From the NCBI GenBank assembly GCA_977030845.1, contig OZ365110.1:28954001-29018000 (forward strand): DNA of 64,000 nt, given 5' to 3'. The DNA comes from Fimbriosthenelais zetlandica (taxonomy: Eukaryota). Position numbers and translations under genes: made by a program. The notes under the pieces were generated by a model. The model ran no database searches, was not told the DNA's origin, and was given only the letters and a program-made list of their open reading frames with translations. Below, piece after piece: positions 12,093 to 26,689 of the stretch; the first letter of the stretch is position 1, and each line of letters begins with the position of its first letter.

Positions 12093-15000
12093 GTAAGATA
12101 TTCCCTAAGGTGATCCGCAATACTAATTAGAATAAGATGTATAGATAAACCATGTTTAATGTATAATTATATTATATTCTTTATCAGTTGCTTAATTAAC
12201 TTCTCCGGTTTTAATATAAAAATGAATTAATTCCTAGTTTAATATGATTAATCTTAATTAAAACATTTTTCCCAAACATGTATATCAGTGATTTTGCTGA
12301 TTATGTGCTCATTAAACTAAAGTATGTCTTGTGATTCTGTGTCTCGTGGTTACATTGAAATTTAGTTTCATTTACGTTAAGTCATGCCCCATGGATTTAA
12401 TTATGTTGAAAAAAGGTGCTGTCATATTCCCCAAAGCAAATTGCTTGTCTGCAGACACCTGTTTTGAATCACCTATCTCATATCCTGCTCGTTGGAAACC
12501 TTCAATTAAACAATGCCTCTTTCCATCGCCCATGTTTTTTCCCAGGTTCACAATATAATGTTGTCAGATTTATCTTACACATAATTGCATCCATGGTAAT
12601 TTGTTAAGGGAAAACAAGCAGTCAACTCGCCTGTCAATTATCTTTCAACGCAGCTAGCTGTAATGGTGTAGTTTTTCAAAGATTTCTTTCCGTTAAATTT
12701 TATCCTTCTCGGGTCCTTCCTCCTTCGGCAAGTCGGTCTTAATTACAACCTACTCACTTTTTCAAATTATTTTTTCCGCGAAAAGAATCTGATTAATTCA
12801 TTAGATGCATTCTCCAAAGGCGATGTTATCAATCTACTGACAATTAGAGAGAACAATCCTTCAAGCATAAACATTACGCCCCCCGCAATATTGATTCGGT
12901 TTTAATTGCATCGCCATTGCTCCTCTTCTCTTTCACCCTTTCGGTGAAATCTCCTTAAGTGCTTTCTTTTAGTCTCTTTGTCTCATCTCCCATTTAAAAT
13001 CGAGCTTTGCTCAAGAATGGCCTCGCTAGATTTCTATTGAGATGAGAAAATACAGAGCCCCGAACACAGGGATTACACTGCTCTAGATGAGATAGAGAGG
13101 GGAAGGGAAGTTGGGGAGCAAGAGAAAATGGGTACGAAGCGAGCTAAACCTGAAATACCTAAACATAATATATATCAAATATTATAATTTACAAGGTTAC
13201 ATATAATATGGTAGATATGGCAATTATTCACAAGATTACAACAATTTAAGTTATTTAGGTCATCGGATTATAATCCATGTTATAAAATCTTATAATAGAA
13301 AACAAGCCTCTTTCCCTATAGACTGGTATATGTAATATATGTTCTGTTAGTGACTTGTAGATTTGCTCAGCTGAAAACATGCTCGCAGCCAGAGCAACTC
13401 AGCAGACAAAATGAATATTGACCAACCGATTCACACCCCTCCTTATTGGAGCTGTCGATGGCTTATTGGGAGCCCGCAAGTATTCATAGGTCGGAGGCAT
13501 CCTCAACTCCCACACCGTATAGACACACCAGGCAATGCAAACACATTGTAATCAATGTCAATTCCACTCAATATCGCCCATTTAACCTCCACTGACCGTT
13601 CCCCTGCCTCGAGGGGTCTTGTGCCTTATTGCCCTTACCATGGTGAGGGCCTTGTGGGTCCAGACCCATTGCTGAGGGCCTTAGTTAAGGGCCAGTCTAG
13701 CGTGAAGGGCCATCAGTATGTCTGAAGGGCTTTTTGCGGGCATGGGCATCGTGGGGCTGCATTACCATTTTGAGGCGACACAAGAAGTTGGACGATAAAC
13801 AGTCTCCAAGCGACAACCACCACCCAGAGGCCTGTAATCAGTTCAAGCAAGCTGCACCCTCCCACCTGAGAAACCCCCACCCACTCCCAGAATCACCTCA
13901 CTTTACCCTCACCACCGCCAAGCCTTACTTCTCCCACAAAGAGTCTGGAAACTGACGGATGCCATAAAACAAGGTGGACACCCAGGAGAAGTCACTGATT
14001 TAAGTGATTCCATTTGGGAAATCCTCGGGCGTCTCAGCTATTAAAAGACGTTGGATTGAAGGAACATGTCCGATTCAACAATCCAACTGATAAGGAAGGC
14101 GCATCAATGCATTGCGTCTCCTTTTTAATTCCGACTGACCAACAGTTAATTATTTCATTTCCATATAATATGAAAATCTACTGATGAAAAAAAATACTCC
14201 AAAAATATCCGAAGATAAATTAAGATAAGATAATAATGAAGCAGTTAAGGTATACGATATGTCCGTGCAGATCGGGGAGCATCGCTTGATACATTCCCAT
14301 TGTATCATTCAAAGCAAACAATGTAAAAATCTCAGGCGATCCGTTCATGTCGTATTTCATTAATGTTCTTCAGTGGAGACAGAGAAAGCATATCCGCTGT
14401 CATGTCACCCCATCGACCCTGAGGCAAAAACACAGCCCCCACACAGAATCTGTTCATGCTTCCAACATTTTAGGCTCATCAGATGAATCGTGACAGTTGT
14501 AGTGAAGGCTTACCAAGAGGGAGTTTCTCCTGCGTGCTACAAGTCTGCACATCTGACGCAAATGGGAGCTAGATGATTTTGAAATGACAGCCAATGGGAA
14601 GAAAACTTAGCATTCTATTTGAAAACCCCATTCTTCCTCCCCCTTACCAATCATGTCTCAGTCCCCCAGTGGTGCATTTGAGGGGATTGGTGCATTAAAA
14701 TCTCCATTTTCCCCCAATGCTCCATGAGTTTTCTTTCAATTTACTTAATTATGCCCCAGTTATGTTGCCATAGTTGTCTGTCATTGTCTTCAGGGTGGTA
14801 ATGAACATGGTGTACACAATGAGGTGGGAGTCGTTGCCATGGAAAACACGCAAGGCCCTGACAGATTATTATTCTAATAGACTGTATATTGTGAAAGCAA
14901 TCAACCAGTCTTACAGCAACCCAGTAAGAAATCTACATAGAATCTGTGTATTCATGGCTGTTGAAGCAGCCATATATTTTACAATCAATATATCCCATTA

Positions 15001-15289
15001 TCTTGGGCTCCAGTGGACATTTTTACTGCCGAAGCGAAGATGCCATTATACAACAGAATACTATAAAAAGTTCCTTGTCACTTACAGTTGACTAACATGG
15101 GAAGATAAATATCCATGGATACTTTGCTTTGTTTGGCTTTGATTTACCTATTTCTCAGCTTCCTGCATATCTGATTTAGTTGGGACAAATCCCCAATTTC
15201 TGGTCAGACCTCCAAAGAGGGGGGCCTGGCCCCCCAAGGGAGTCATGAGGCAGATAAATGGCGATAAGCTGATATCATTATTCCACCAT

Positions 15290-15830
15290 ACTCACGATAC
15301 CGCCAATGATTGCCGATTCAGATTCTCCTCTGTCCACCAAGCGGGCCTTATCGCCCATGGCAACGGGCAGCTAACGTCTCCCAGGAGGGCTGGCTAAGGC
15401 GGTGAAAATGGAGCAAGAACATAACGGCATGAATCAGTTGCAACGTGTGCCAGAGGAGAAATTCAAGAGCTGAAGGTATGGCCGGGCCCCACGGGAGCAA
15501 ACCGACCAAGGGCTGCACGGCCATTCACAGGATGTATGCTACCCCCAAAGTAACTAGCATGGGCAATAAAAAGCTTGCTTAACTTGCGACACTTTTGGTC
15601 TGTCACGTGGATGCCGGACTGAAATGCAGCGAGCTGCTCAGACCGATGAGCAGCTAAGAGAAATGGCTTCTCTCAAGGTGACGAGAGGCTTCCCCCTTGA
15701 GACCGCTCTATCAGGCCTCTTGGCCCACTTAGGGTGAATTAAGACTCGCAAGGCTGACCACTCACCATCCTAATGGACAGCGGTCAGCCGAAGCCGTCCA
15801 CTGAGGCCAACTGACCACCCCGATAGGCCA
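15290..15830 (+). mobile_element. Decayed LTR-retrotransposon integrase fragment
   Basis: By-eye motifs: VATCARG (zinc-finger CxxC remnant), ARPFTG (xRPF), LTTHHPNGQRSAEAVH (TTxYHPxSNGxxERxV). GC-rich relative to the flanks. Confidence 0.33.
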
Positions 15831-16329
15831 TTTGTATTGGTCAGGAATAGGTATGCAGCTGTGTGATACAGTTGTAAGTCCTGGGTGTGGAAGAGATGTT
15901 CAGGGCCTGGGGCTGAGCCTTTGAAAAGAGCCCATCAAGGAGGTAATGAGTTCCGCACACAGACCAGTGGAACACTGAGTAAGTACACTGCTCGTTCCTG
16001 GCATCAATGTGTACACACGAGATGGCTCTGGTTTTACATTAAGCGATCAACATAATGAATTTGAGCCAACTATGGGAAAGAAGACTAAGCCAGTAGCCTG
16101 TGTCGGGTTTACAAGATGGCCTCGTCCTCTAGAGTTGGGAGGCTTTGATTAAATTTCCCATTGATTATATTCATGAAGGTACAACAGGGCAGCTGGATGA
16201 GGCACAAACCAAGCGGGTTTTGTTAGTCGAACTGGGAGAACAAAAGGCAATGTAGTGTGCAGGCTGCAGATGTTCCTCTTCTGATCACCATAAGCACACG
16301 TTCCTGGGACATTAAATGAACACCTCAGA

Positions 16330-16660
16330 TCCTGTATGATATTATCCCCCACATAAAACACCACCCATAAGCAGGCTTTATGAAGTCAGCCACATAGTTC
16401 TGCTCTTATTTCATCGATTCAGATGCTCTATGTCAATCTATGGTTCATGTTCAGGCTTTTCTTTATGCAATAAATAGAGCTGCAATCAATCTTTGACATG
16501 TATGCTCAACTACAGGTGGGGGCCCAGGTGGTTTTTGCCAGGAAGCATTGCGGAACTAAATTGGTAAATGCCAGTGTGTTTGCTTGGCCACTTTGAGCAA
16601 GTGAACCCTGTCAAGGTAGATTGCCATGATATTTTGTAGAATGTATGTCCTTTGAAGAAT
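16330..16660 (-). mobile_element. Decayed L1/Tx1-type LINE reverse-transcriptase fragment
   Basis: Minus-strand motifs in the correct order: TFYKISWQSTLTGF (AFDxVxWxxL..GF), HTCQRLIAALFIA (QGCPLSPLLFI), VFYVGDNII (LYADDI). Confidence 0.42.
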
Positions 16661-19600
16661 CCCATACGAGACCAAATCAATCTAATCTGTCTAACCTGGG
16701 GAAAAAATTGTATTGGCATACGTATGTTGTCAAGGGCCCTCAGGTTGACAGGCTCAACAGATGTACATCAAGATAGTGGCTCAGCAGAAAAGGGACTTAT
16801 GTTCATATACTTTAAACTAGAACTCTTAAAGTTCACAAAGTATTTCCAACATTATTGATGAAAAATCTATTTTGTGTAGCGCAATAAAAAAATCTTTAGC
16901 TGGATAATAAATTGGCCCAGTATTACAGGTACGTATATAGATAGGTATGATATTGACGACTTCTGGCTGTTGAGATTATGGAGATGTCTTCGCCCATGGC
17001 CTTGGGATCACCAGGCTAGAGACATTAGATGCACTGGCCTATTCTTCTTATCCTACAGAAGCACTGGCCTTTGACTCTTCCTTTGATTCTATTTTCTTCT
17101 CTCAGTACAAGGTTGAAGTATGAATGGATCATGATGCAGTATAGTCGCCAAGAAGCTCCAATATTATGTACAACTGGGTCTGATACTACACTGAACCTTC
17201 AGATCTCCTTTGGCAGCACATACCTGCAACAAAAACTCTTTCTTTGAGCCAGGATACCCAGGCTACTGCTCCAGATTTCTTAGAGTATGTCTCATTATCC
17301 ATGCTGCCTACTCCATGACAGAATCACGTGCCTTTATTATATTTACCCTTCTAATAGGACATAGATATTGAACATAAATACTTCACAAAGCTTTCATCAA
17401 TTGAGCTCCAAGACTTTATCACAAATATCTTTCATCAAAGTGGATCGTAACTAGGATCAGGTCAAAGGGCTGAATCTATAGTATGTTTCGAGTGATGCTG
17501 CTTTCAGAGATGCAAGATGCTCATACGTGACAAGGCTGCAGATGTGACCCAGGTTATGGGTAACTCAATCACCCCCCACACATACATTTGTTGGTAACAT
17601 AATAACGCTTCCATGCAAACTGTGACAGCTTGTGTTCCCTCCACTTGTCATAACTGATTCATCCACTATATGCATGGGACCTAATCTTGACCTCATCTCA
17701 TTGATATCAGATATAGACAAGCAATGTTTGATAGGGAGCTACATGACACATGACTTTCAACTTCGATTGCCCTTTGTACATGTAATACTAAGTCCTGTTG
17801 CAATGAAATTCAATGCCGACGAAATGATTATTGAACATAAAGACCTCTGGTAAGTGAGAAAAAAGCTTTAAAATGATCTTTAAAATGATCTAAATGAATC
17901 AAAATTCACTGTTCAACAAAAACAATTTTAGAATGGCCAAGATAAATTTGATACGAGATATGAGGCCTCTAGCTGTTTCGCAAATGATATCCCCAACATC
18001 ATTTTGAACATAAGCCAAACAAGAGGACTGCAATGAAGCCGAGTCCCCCGATAATACTAATGTGAATAGACGTTATCCACGAACATACTACCAAGTAGGT
18101 ATGTCAATGACATTAGGGCCAATATTACATTTCTGCCGCCTGTCAAGTGGCATGGGCATGTTATAGATGCAGAACAATAATCTGACAACCCTTGCATTAA
18201 AAGTGACGTCCCAGAGTGCTGCTCAGACCAGTGGTTGGCGTGAGGTTGACTAAAAAAATGTACATAGGATATATTTTGCATTACCTTCCAAGGACACAAT
18301 GGTTATTTTATTAATCAATAAACAAAAGCTAACCACAATAAATAGCAATTAAAGAATAACCAGTGCCAGGAGTTAAAAATGCTATCAGCACAAAAAAAGT
18401 AAATGTTTAAGTTAAGTTCCATGTCAGAATTGCAGACACAGAACTAGACAAAAAAAAAGGTAAAAGCGGCCAGGCTAAACCCTGATTTCTACCTTTCATG
18501 TCAGTTGGCAACAGTTTATCGTCATGAAACAATCGTTTCAGCGCAGCTGCTGTTTCATATGTTCAGAGATAAAATGCTGCATTTCACTATGAAGTAAGTG
18601 AAAGTAAGTGGTAGAAAAGATCAGATCAAAAGGTTTTTTGTGAATCCAACATTCCCTGGTGGCCCAGGTGAGGGCGTGCTTTGAAAGTTGAGCTCTTGCC
18701 CATTAACCACATGTGTAGCTTGTAGTCTGATCCTCAACCACCTTTCATTTAACCGCTATTCCACATTTTGTCTTATTATCGAGAAAAGAGGAGTCTTTCA
18801 AAGGTGGTTTTAAGACAAACAGGGTCAGCCAGTGCAGCATTCAATAGATAATAAATGGCATGACTCGGATAGAGTGGAGTTTTAAAGATAAAAAGATAAA
18901 TCGGATGGCCTACACAATGGATTTAACCGATGGAAGTTGTAAGGAATGGATTGGTTTAGAGGGATTTCAATGCCGTGCCCTCGGGCTAGTAAAAGTATTG
19001 ATCCTGCTTTTACTTCTTTATTCAGGCCATCAACTCCAGTTAATTTTTGGAGAATAAAACACAAAACAAAAAACATGATATACACTGACATCAATACGTT
19101 CTGCGTGGAAAGTTAAATGCAAAGTGGGATTTTATGTTGTAAATGGGTTAAACAACAACTGATGTATTTGGCCTTCCTTGCAATCATTTCATCACCTTCT
19201 CTTAAAGAATGCAACCTTTACTTGACATCCAGAGGGCATTGCATGCCACAGACCAATAGCAGAGAGCAAATGTTTGCCAGCGAAAGCTTCCTCCCCGATG
19301 AATATGCAAATATGCCGGATTGAATCAAGTGAAAAGATTCTCCCAGTACCATTTTCAAAAACAGCCTGCTGAATTAATGGGCATTGTGGACCGGCCTTTT
19401 GTGCGATGCACTAGAGTGTGGCAAACGTCTTACCCCTGCCAATTTGTGAGTCAGATCTGGACCTGAGGTGGAGGTGTGAATGGACACAGATTGGAGGCCA
19501 GGGAATTGCAGGGTTTTTTCTCTCCATCCACCCCACACAGGCTGATCTCTGACTCTAGGGCATGGGTGACGGAAGTGGCATCATTGGGTGGTGGTGAGGA

Positions 19601-22347
19601 GGTGGCATGGCATTCAGACTGGTACTAATTAGAGGACCGTGACAAGGGTCTCAGTGTGAGAGGCCAGTCACCCATGGTCAATGCCTGATTGCCTCCCGAT
19701 CCAGCACCTCTTCCTCCTGCAGGCAATCCTTCAGTACCCTCAAGGTTGCTGCCCCCTTCCCCCTCCTCCCCCTGCCCCCTATGTGTCCCCCATCACTCCA
19801 CCCTGACATGAGCCTCCCACCTCTCACAATCAGCCTTATTGATGGCTGATGAACTGGCGCCTGCCCGATCCTCACATTTGCAGTCCAACGCACCCGCCTA
19901 CTGCGAACTGATCCGCTTGGCGCCATTAGCTAAGTTCACTTCACACTCATCTCTGGTCGTGAGCAAAGCCCGTGGCTGAGCATGCATCAAGCCTAATCCA
20001 GAAACTCAGACAAAAGAGAAGAACACCAACACGGCAAGAATCCGACAAAAGTCTTTTTCACAGCGAAAACTTTTCGAAGAGTGATGTCGTCAACATTGCA
20101 GTGTCGAGTTTTAGCCTCTGGCAGTTAATATGTACATAGACAGGGACTGGTCCGCCTAATCCTGGCATATGTTCCAGATAAGACTAGCCAAGTTCAGCAA
20201 GGCATTAGTTCATCCTCCCAGGGTGATGCTTGCCCTCTGGAAGCAGTCAAGAAGGTGACAGGCTTAGGGCATAGGCTCTTAGCACGTGAAAGTGGCATGG
20301 ATAATCGTGGCCAGAAACATCCACTATGTCATTACAGGGTAATCTATTGCTGCTTGACTTTTCTGGAAAGCTCTGCTCCGGGTCAGAAAGTACACTCGAT
20401 TTGCTTTATTGCTGTATCGATTTCAGTATGAATACTAGTGTTGTTTTTCTTATGTCAATACCAAAAAATGCACTTCTATATGCCTTCATGTAGGTTAGAG
20501 TAACCTTTCAATCCTACTTCTCAAGTTTTGTCTCGGAATTATATTATGATCTTTCATAAGGAACCCGACATATTCTGTCGAAGAACAAAGAAGGGTAGAT
20601 CATGTCATCGGAGATATCAAAAAGAAGATGTCATGTTTCATGTTATGATTAATTTGATGTTGATTTATCTCAGCTTTAGTGCAAAAAGTGCATTTACAAA
20701 ATCATCAGCAAAAGCTCTGAATGCTGTATCTCGAATGATGCAAAAGTGCAATTTTATGTAATCCTGGACTAAAGCCAGATACAATGTTGTATCCTTATGG
20801 CGTATCATAGGCTACTATGCTGAAGATATAAAATATAAGGTTTATATGAATGAAAAGGCTAGGATTCATTTGGATTCCCTGCTTTTGTATAGATGGTGAC
20901 GTATTACCGGTTAGAGTAAGCAACGATAGATCAGGAAAACAGGGCCGTAAGATTGCCCAGCCACCTTAGCCCCAGCTCCTAAATCCCTCATGAGCCTCAA
21001 GCGCCAGCAGTTACATAGGCCCTGGAAGGTTTATGTTTACTCTTAGCTTGTCTGGCCGAGGGGTATCAGGCTTGAGGGCAGAGTGAATCTCCCCTTTCCA
21101 ACCCCTCCACGTGAGTCATGCTTGACACTGAGAGAACTAGTTCCACTATAGGATCAGAGAAAAAGACCTATGGCCGTGGACTGTCTGTTTGCTCAAGTCG
21201 ATCATGAACTAGTTGTATACATATCATAACGATTGATATAGACTAGCTTATCCTGAGCATTTTTAGACTACCAAACGACATAATGCAATTCTTCAGCAGA
21301 GATTGGGGGAGATTATTGACTCAGAAGAGAGTAGTGTCGAAGCACTGTCTCTTACAAGGATGGGGTAGGCGTGAAACTATAGTCCCTTTAATCCAGATAT
21401 CTAGCAGTATCAGAAGAATATCAGATCACCATTGATATGCTCGACCAATCTAGACTGACATACTAATCCAGACGCCAATCAAACCCCTCTGAACCGCCCT
21501 GATCACATTACATTGCCCCCTGCAGATACAATTGGATCTGTCTGCCACCCTCTGCCCAGGCCGGCATGCGCGGTGGTGGCCCAGCTTGACCTAATTGCTT
21601 GCCGTGCTATTGGCCTTTTAAACCCAATTACACCTGGCTTGACCGGGTGATAATACGTGCATGAGACGGTATAAGCGGCTGCGATTGGGCTCCTTCTGCA
21701 TGGTTAATGTCCATAGCCTGGGGCGCAAAAATCCAGAAAGCTGCCAGCTCTAATATGCGGGGCGACATGGTGACCGCAGCAAGCAGGAAATCAGTCCCAG
21801 TAAAGTCCCGCAGCCGAATACCAGAGAAAGCAAGAGAGGACAAGGGAAGGATTGATGTTTGGGGAACTTCCGGCTAACTGTTGACCAAACAGTGAATATA
21901 ATATAGTTGTCTTATTGTATGTTTTATAGATGTACTGCAGACAATTAAAAAGAACTTTATGCTCGAGGAAAGGATTTTCTTCAATCACATTCTCTTTCAT
22001 CAAAATGAAACTAATGATTGATGTTTTTTACATGCATCAAGTTCTGACATTGTCAATATGTAACTTGTTTCCAAGTCATGTTTCCAAAAGTCCCTGTTCC
22101 AAAAAGAGAAACTTTTCCTTGATAATTCTCGCTCGAAAAATGAACGGATTAATTTTCAGCTGCATTATCCATTATTGAAGCAGAACACAGTAATTGGTCG
22201 TCGATATTGCAACCCAATCCTCATTCAATTAGTCTCCATTGTCTTTCCTTAATCCATTCTTTCACAAACAAAGAATTGTTGTCATCTAACACCAGAAAAA
22301 AAGATGCGCTAATTGGATCCTTGTCTTTTTCCTCTTTCTCTCTTCAG

Positions 22348-22632
22348 GTGTCAAGGAGTACTGCCATCTCGACACGTTCAATGTCTCCTGTGGTCACAAT
22401 CACGTTATAGTCATGGAAACGGCACGCTACGGGCGGATGGAAGTTGGGGCATGTGTACGGAGGAATTTAGGTTACCTGGGATGTTCTATGGACGTGCTAC
22501 GTTACATGGACATGCGGTGCTCAGGCAAACACTCCTGTAAGGTCAACATCGTGGACCTGGCGAAAAAAGAAATGAAGCCTTGTCCAGAAGATGTAACATC
22601 GTACTTGAAGGCCAGCTACAAGTGTGTGGAAG
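22348..22632 (+). CDS. Exon 2: SUEL-type (galactose/rhamnose-binding) lectin domain
   Basis: Polypyrimidine tract + CAG acceptor at 22345-22347; G|GTGAG donor. Translation EYCHLDTFNVSCGHNHVIVMETARYGRMEVGACV...GCSMDVLRYMDMRCSGKHSC...PCPEDVTSYLKASYKCVE has the cysteine spacing, the A-x-YGR motif and the YLxAxYxC end of SUEL domains. 285 nt, phase 1-1. Confidence 0.92.
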
Positions 22633-25600
22633 GTGAGAACTATATTTATCTATTGTACGTATAATTAAAGGTAAAAGATTCATAGCCAGGACCGATAGTT
22701 CTTGACCAATGTTCCTCCACTATTGCAAAACCTTATTCACAGCCAAAAGTCTGATCATAATGATCAGAATATTGAATCACTTTTGACTGAAATATCAAAG
22801 ATTTGTATAACCAAGCCATGCAAAGTATTAGAGTATTAAAGTATTAGACAGCTATAATAATTTAGTGTAACTGTTTCAGATTTAATACAGGCACTGTCTC
22901 ATTAAGCAAACAATGAGTGCATGTATAGAGAACAACCCAATCAAAAGAGAGCTTGTCTAAGCTATAATGAAGCTGTAATGAAATCCCACCAGCCCCATAA
23001 TGACCAAAATACAAGCAGTGATATGAATTATCACCCCAATGAAATCTTTAATTGCCGTAACCAACACATCCCCCTCTTCCCTTCTCATCAATTATCCAAA
23101 GTCTAATATTGAATAAAATAAGGGGGAAACTAGGCCCACGAATCGAAACATTTCATGAGCGAGCAATCAAAAATGGCCGATTTGATTGATCCTGGAACGC
23201 CCCTAGGGAAGCGGTATTTTACTAATTGATGAGGCCGCCATATGACTGTGCCTGTCACTTGCCCACCTATAAGCCACCCCTCCCTGGTGCTATGGTTACT
23301 GAAGCTTATTAAATTCTCTATTGTGTGGGGGGAGCCACACAGGAGGGCCAGGTGGTCTCTGAGGACTAATATTCACACCTTGGTATTGAAATCTGATTGA
23401 ATCGATGGTGTTTTGAGGTCTCACGTAACATGAGTTATTCATACCTTATTGTTCATGTAGCACCACCATCTGAGACTCACCAGAGACCACCCTAGGTGGT
23501 TTCTTCTAGATTGATGAGGACTAATTTCTCTTGAACATTAGTGAGATGAGTAAGTAGCACATGAAATGTGGCCGTTTTTTAAGGAACCCTCCTAAGTGTC
23601 ATGAAATGAAGCAAGCATGGGAATATGAATTATACCATCATGTGGCTTAAAACAGATGAGGGATTAGTTTTGACAGAGAACTTTAACAAAATATTAGGAA
23701 TTACAGTAAATTGTCCCCATGTGATGGGAACCAAACCGCAACAGTGATAACTTTCCCAATCGATTTTTTTGAAGTTTTCAATTAAAGGCATCTTATTCAA
23801 TTAATGTCAAATCCCATGATTTGTGATTAGACAAATTTGGATTCGTTTTGTTGAGTGAGTATCCCTTTCACAGCCTTCATTGGTTTTCTAATCTCTCTTG
23901 TTGGAAAGCCAACACCAATAAAAAGATAATGATCTGGTCGAATACTGTGCATGATACCTGCACAGACGAGGAGCTGGTATCGTGCACATCGCAGTCAGAT
24001 CATTGCCATCTCCGGGGACCCACCTGCCATTCCAACCGACACCAATTCATCAAACTCCCCTTAAACTCCCGTGGGTTAGTTAATATTGAAAGCACATCAA
24101 TGCCTACTGTGCTTTCTGTCGATTGTAACTCCAGGCTCTAGTTCTTCTCTACGCAGCAAAGCGACAGGCGTATGACCGGAGAGGTAATTGCCCCTATCAC
24201 GAAAGCCCACTGTCCCGAGGGGTGAGTGCAAGAGCTCAGATGCCCTCTCTGACTGTAGTTCAGATGTGGCCGCTTGGGGGATGATCAGGGACCCTCTGGC
24301 CTTGTCACACCCAGGATATAGAGCCAATTAATCCTCTACAGATTCAGGTCATTCTGGGCTCAAGTTTCTCCTTCTCTCACCGCCCGGAGCAAAATCGAAC
24401 CATTCAGTCACCATGAATCTGAACCTCGGGTCAGAGACCCTGTTGAAAAAGGATCTGCACTAACAAAGCCCACTCTCTTTAATGGAATAACATTATCAAG
24501 GTTTTTTCGATCGATGTTGGTTTGATGCAGTTTCAAACACGCAAGTCAAGATCCCACTGTGATCTTTCTAGCAGGGTCTTGATCATCCACTCTGGCAGTG
24601 TGATTGACCTGGGTTGAAGGGAGGAAGGACCCTGAGAGGGAATATCAACTTGTTTAAGGTCTGCCCCAGTCTGACTCGCCTGCTCTAGTCTCTGATCATG
24701 CAATTAACCCAGCCTTCCGTTTTTCCAGCTTTCTTTTATGTGATTGTTTCAGGCATGGAGCAGACTTGACAAAAGCAACATAAATTCCTGAGAGGGTTTT
24801 TGTGATGCTCTAATAGTATTACGCACTGGGAAAATCAAGGGTCCATATCCTGTGTGGATTTTTTCAGTTCTCGCACCTCAGGCCGTATCCCATAAAGAAA
24901 ATGAAATTTTGCATGAAGGTCGGGAGCTGGGGATGCTTGGATATACCCAGGGGGGAAATAACTTCCACCGTAAGCCAGGTTTCATCAGTCCTGAAGTATG
25001 CCCGGGCTTAGAAGCAATCCGTTACTGGGAGATTCCCAGCTCCTCCGGATTGTTATTCTCAGCAACTGTCTTCTTTAGCCATAGCTCTTGTAAGCTTCAT
25101 TCAGTCAGGATTTAGCCTGGCCCAACAAGAACCAGCGGCAATCAGATCAAAGCTGAGGGATTAAGCAGCACTGGGCAATCTTAGGTTTTATAAGCATGTT
25201 TATCAACTTGTGGGTTCCATTCAGCAGCGTAGGCATGTGCTGTTGCATTAGCGTGAGCGTGATTTGAATGGCCGTCTTTGTGCCACTGTGCAGGGGTAGG
25301 AGTAAGTTTCATTGTATCCACAATGAAGTACTCGCATAAGATCATAGATCACTGGAGCAGGTGTAATTTACTGTTACGGCCCCTCGGTCCTTACAAGGAG
25401 CAACTCCTATAACAGGGACTATTTTTTATCCAGCTAGTCAAAGTATCACTTGGCGAATTCATTAAAAGAGACAAAGTATTAGTGATCCCATTCATCAAAT
25501 CAGTACACCATCCAAATGCCTTCTTTAAAAGGCTGCTTTGCCTTTCAAATTTTTAGAGAGTAAATTTAACTGAAAATGAGAACATCTCACGCAATATGTG

Positions 25601-25857
25601 TCATTCTGCTGGTGGAGTGATATTAAGTACAGGGATTGATGTGGGTGCTCTACTTTAGGCCCAGTACTGGTTCTTTGTAAGGCTGATAGGAGCTCTAGAC
25701 TTTTCATTCTTTTCAAACAGAATGGCTGCCCAGAGGCGGCTTTGTCCGACAATTACGCATGCAATGATGGCGTCTGAAAATTGTAACTCGATTAAGGGTT
25801 GATTCTTGCTAAGCTCTGCTGAAAGTAATGTATTTATGATGTGTTCTCTCCTTGCAG

Positions 25858-26259
25858 TGCGCTCTGGGAGCCGGCATAGCTGCCAACACAAGAAGCATGT
25901 AGCTGTACCTGCCACGCCCGGCTTCCTCGCCTCAGTCACAGCATCAGAGTATGGCTACGGAAGTCCCAGATGTCCATGGCTTATCCAAGCTAAGCCAGGA
26001 CAAAGAATAAACATCACACTACATAACTTTGCCAGATATCATTCCAAAAACACTGGCCTGTCCAGTGATCAAATCAGGCCTGATGCTTGTTATGAATTTG
26101 CTTCTGTGAGGGATGGAAAACCTCACAAAAATATAGTCGGTTGTGTCGGAGAGGAGCGGAAGACTCATGTTTTCACTTCAACAGGTCACAGTGTGGAAAT
26201 AAATGTGCTTGATAGGATTATATCAAGTGAAGCTGTGCAGTTCATGATTGAATACAGTG
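25858..26259 (+). CDS. Exon 3: CUB domain
   Basis: ttctctccttgcag acceptor; G|GTGAG donor. Translation ...GFLAS...GSPRCPWLIQAKPGQRINITLHNF...CYEFASVRDG...VFTSTGHSVEINV...FMIEYS carries the CUB hallmarks (CxWxIxAxPGQRIxIT, FxSxGxSV, FxIxY). 402 nt, phase 1-1. Confidence 0.92.
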
Positions 26260-26689
26260 GTGAGTATTCCTTTAAATAGATGAACCAAATTTTACATCAA
26301 ATCCATATGACTTAAATGACCCAGTTGGCCCTTTCCCAAAAGAAAAGAACAGGTTCTATCAAATCTCATCAGGCAATGTCACACGCACCCCAAACACCCC
26401 TCATCCTTCATTAAATTTCTTCAGCTAGACTTTCTTTCCATTCCCGCAAGGTATCATATGTCCCAATATCCATCATCCAATGACTAAAAATAGACGTCAA
26501 TAGAACAATTAGATTGGTTGTAACAAAACACAAACAATTTCAAAAAGCACTTAATCGGACTTTGATATTCCTATAATCAGCAAAAAAACTTTAATCGCAG
26601 GAGACATAACAAGGCTTATTACATTTTCAATCAGTTTCAAGTGGAGCTTTTTGTTCCGACGCAGATGTTATCATGCAGGAGCCAAGCAG

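Noticed and set aside
22750-22768. Perfect palindrome TCTGATCAT-A-ATGATCAGA
   Set aside because: An isolated 9-bp-arm palindrome is within chance expectation for 64 kb of AT-rich DNA.
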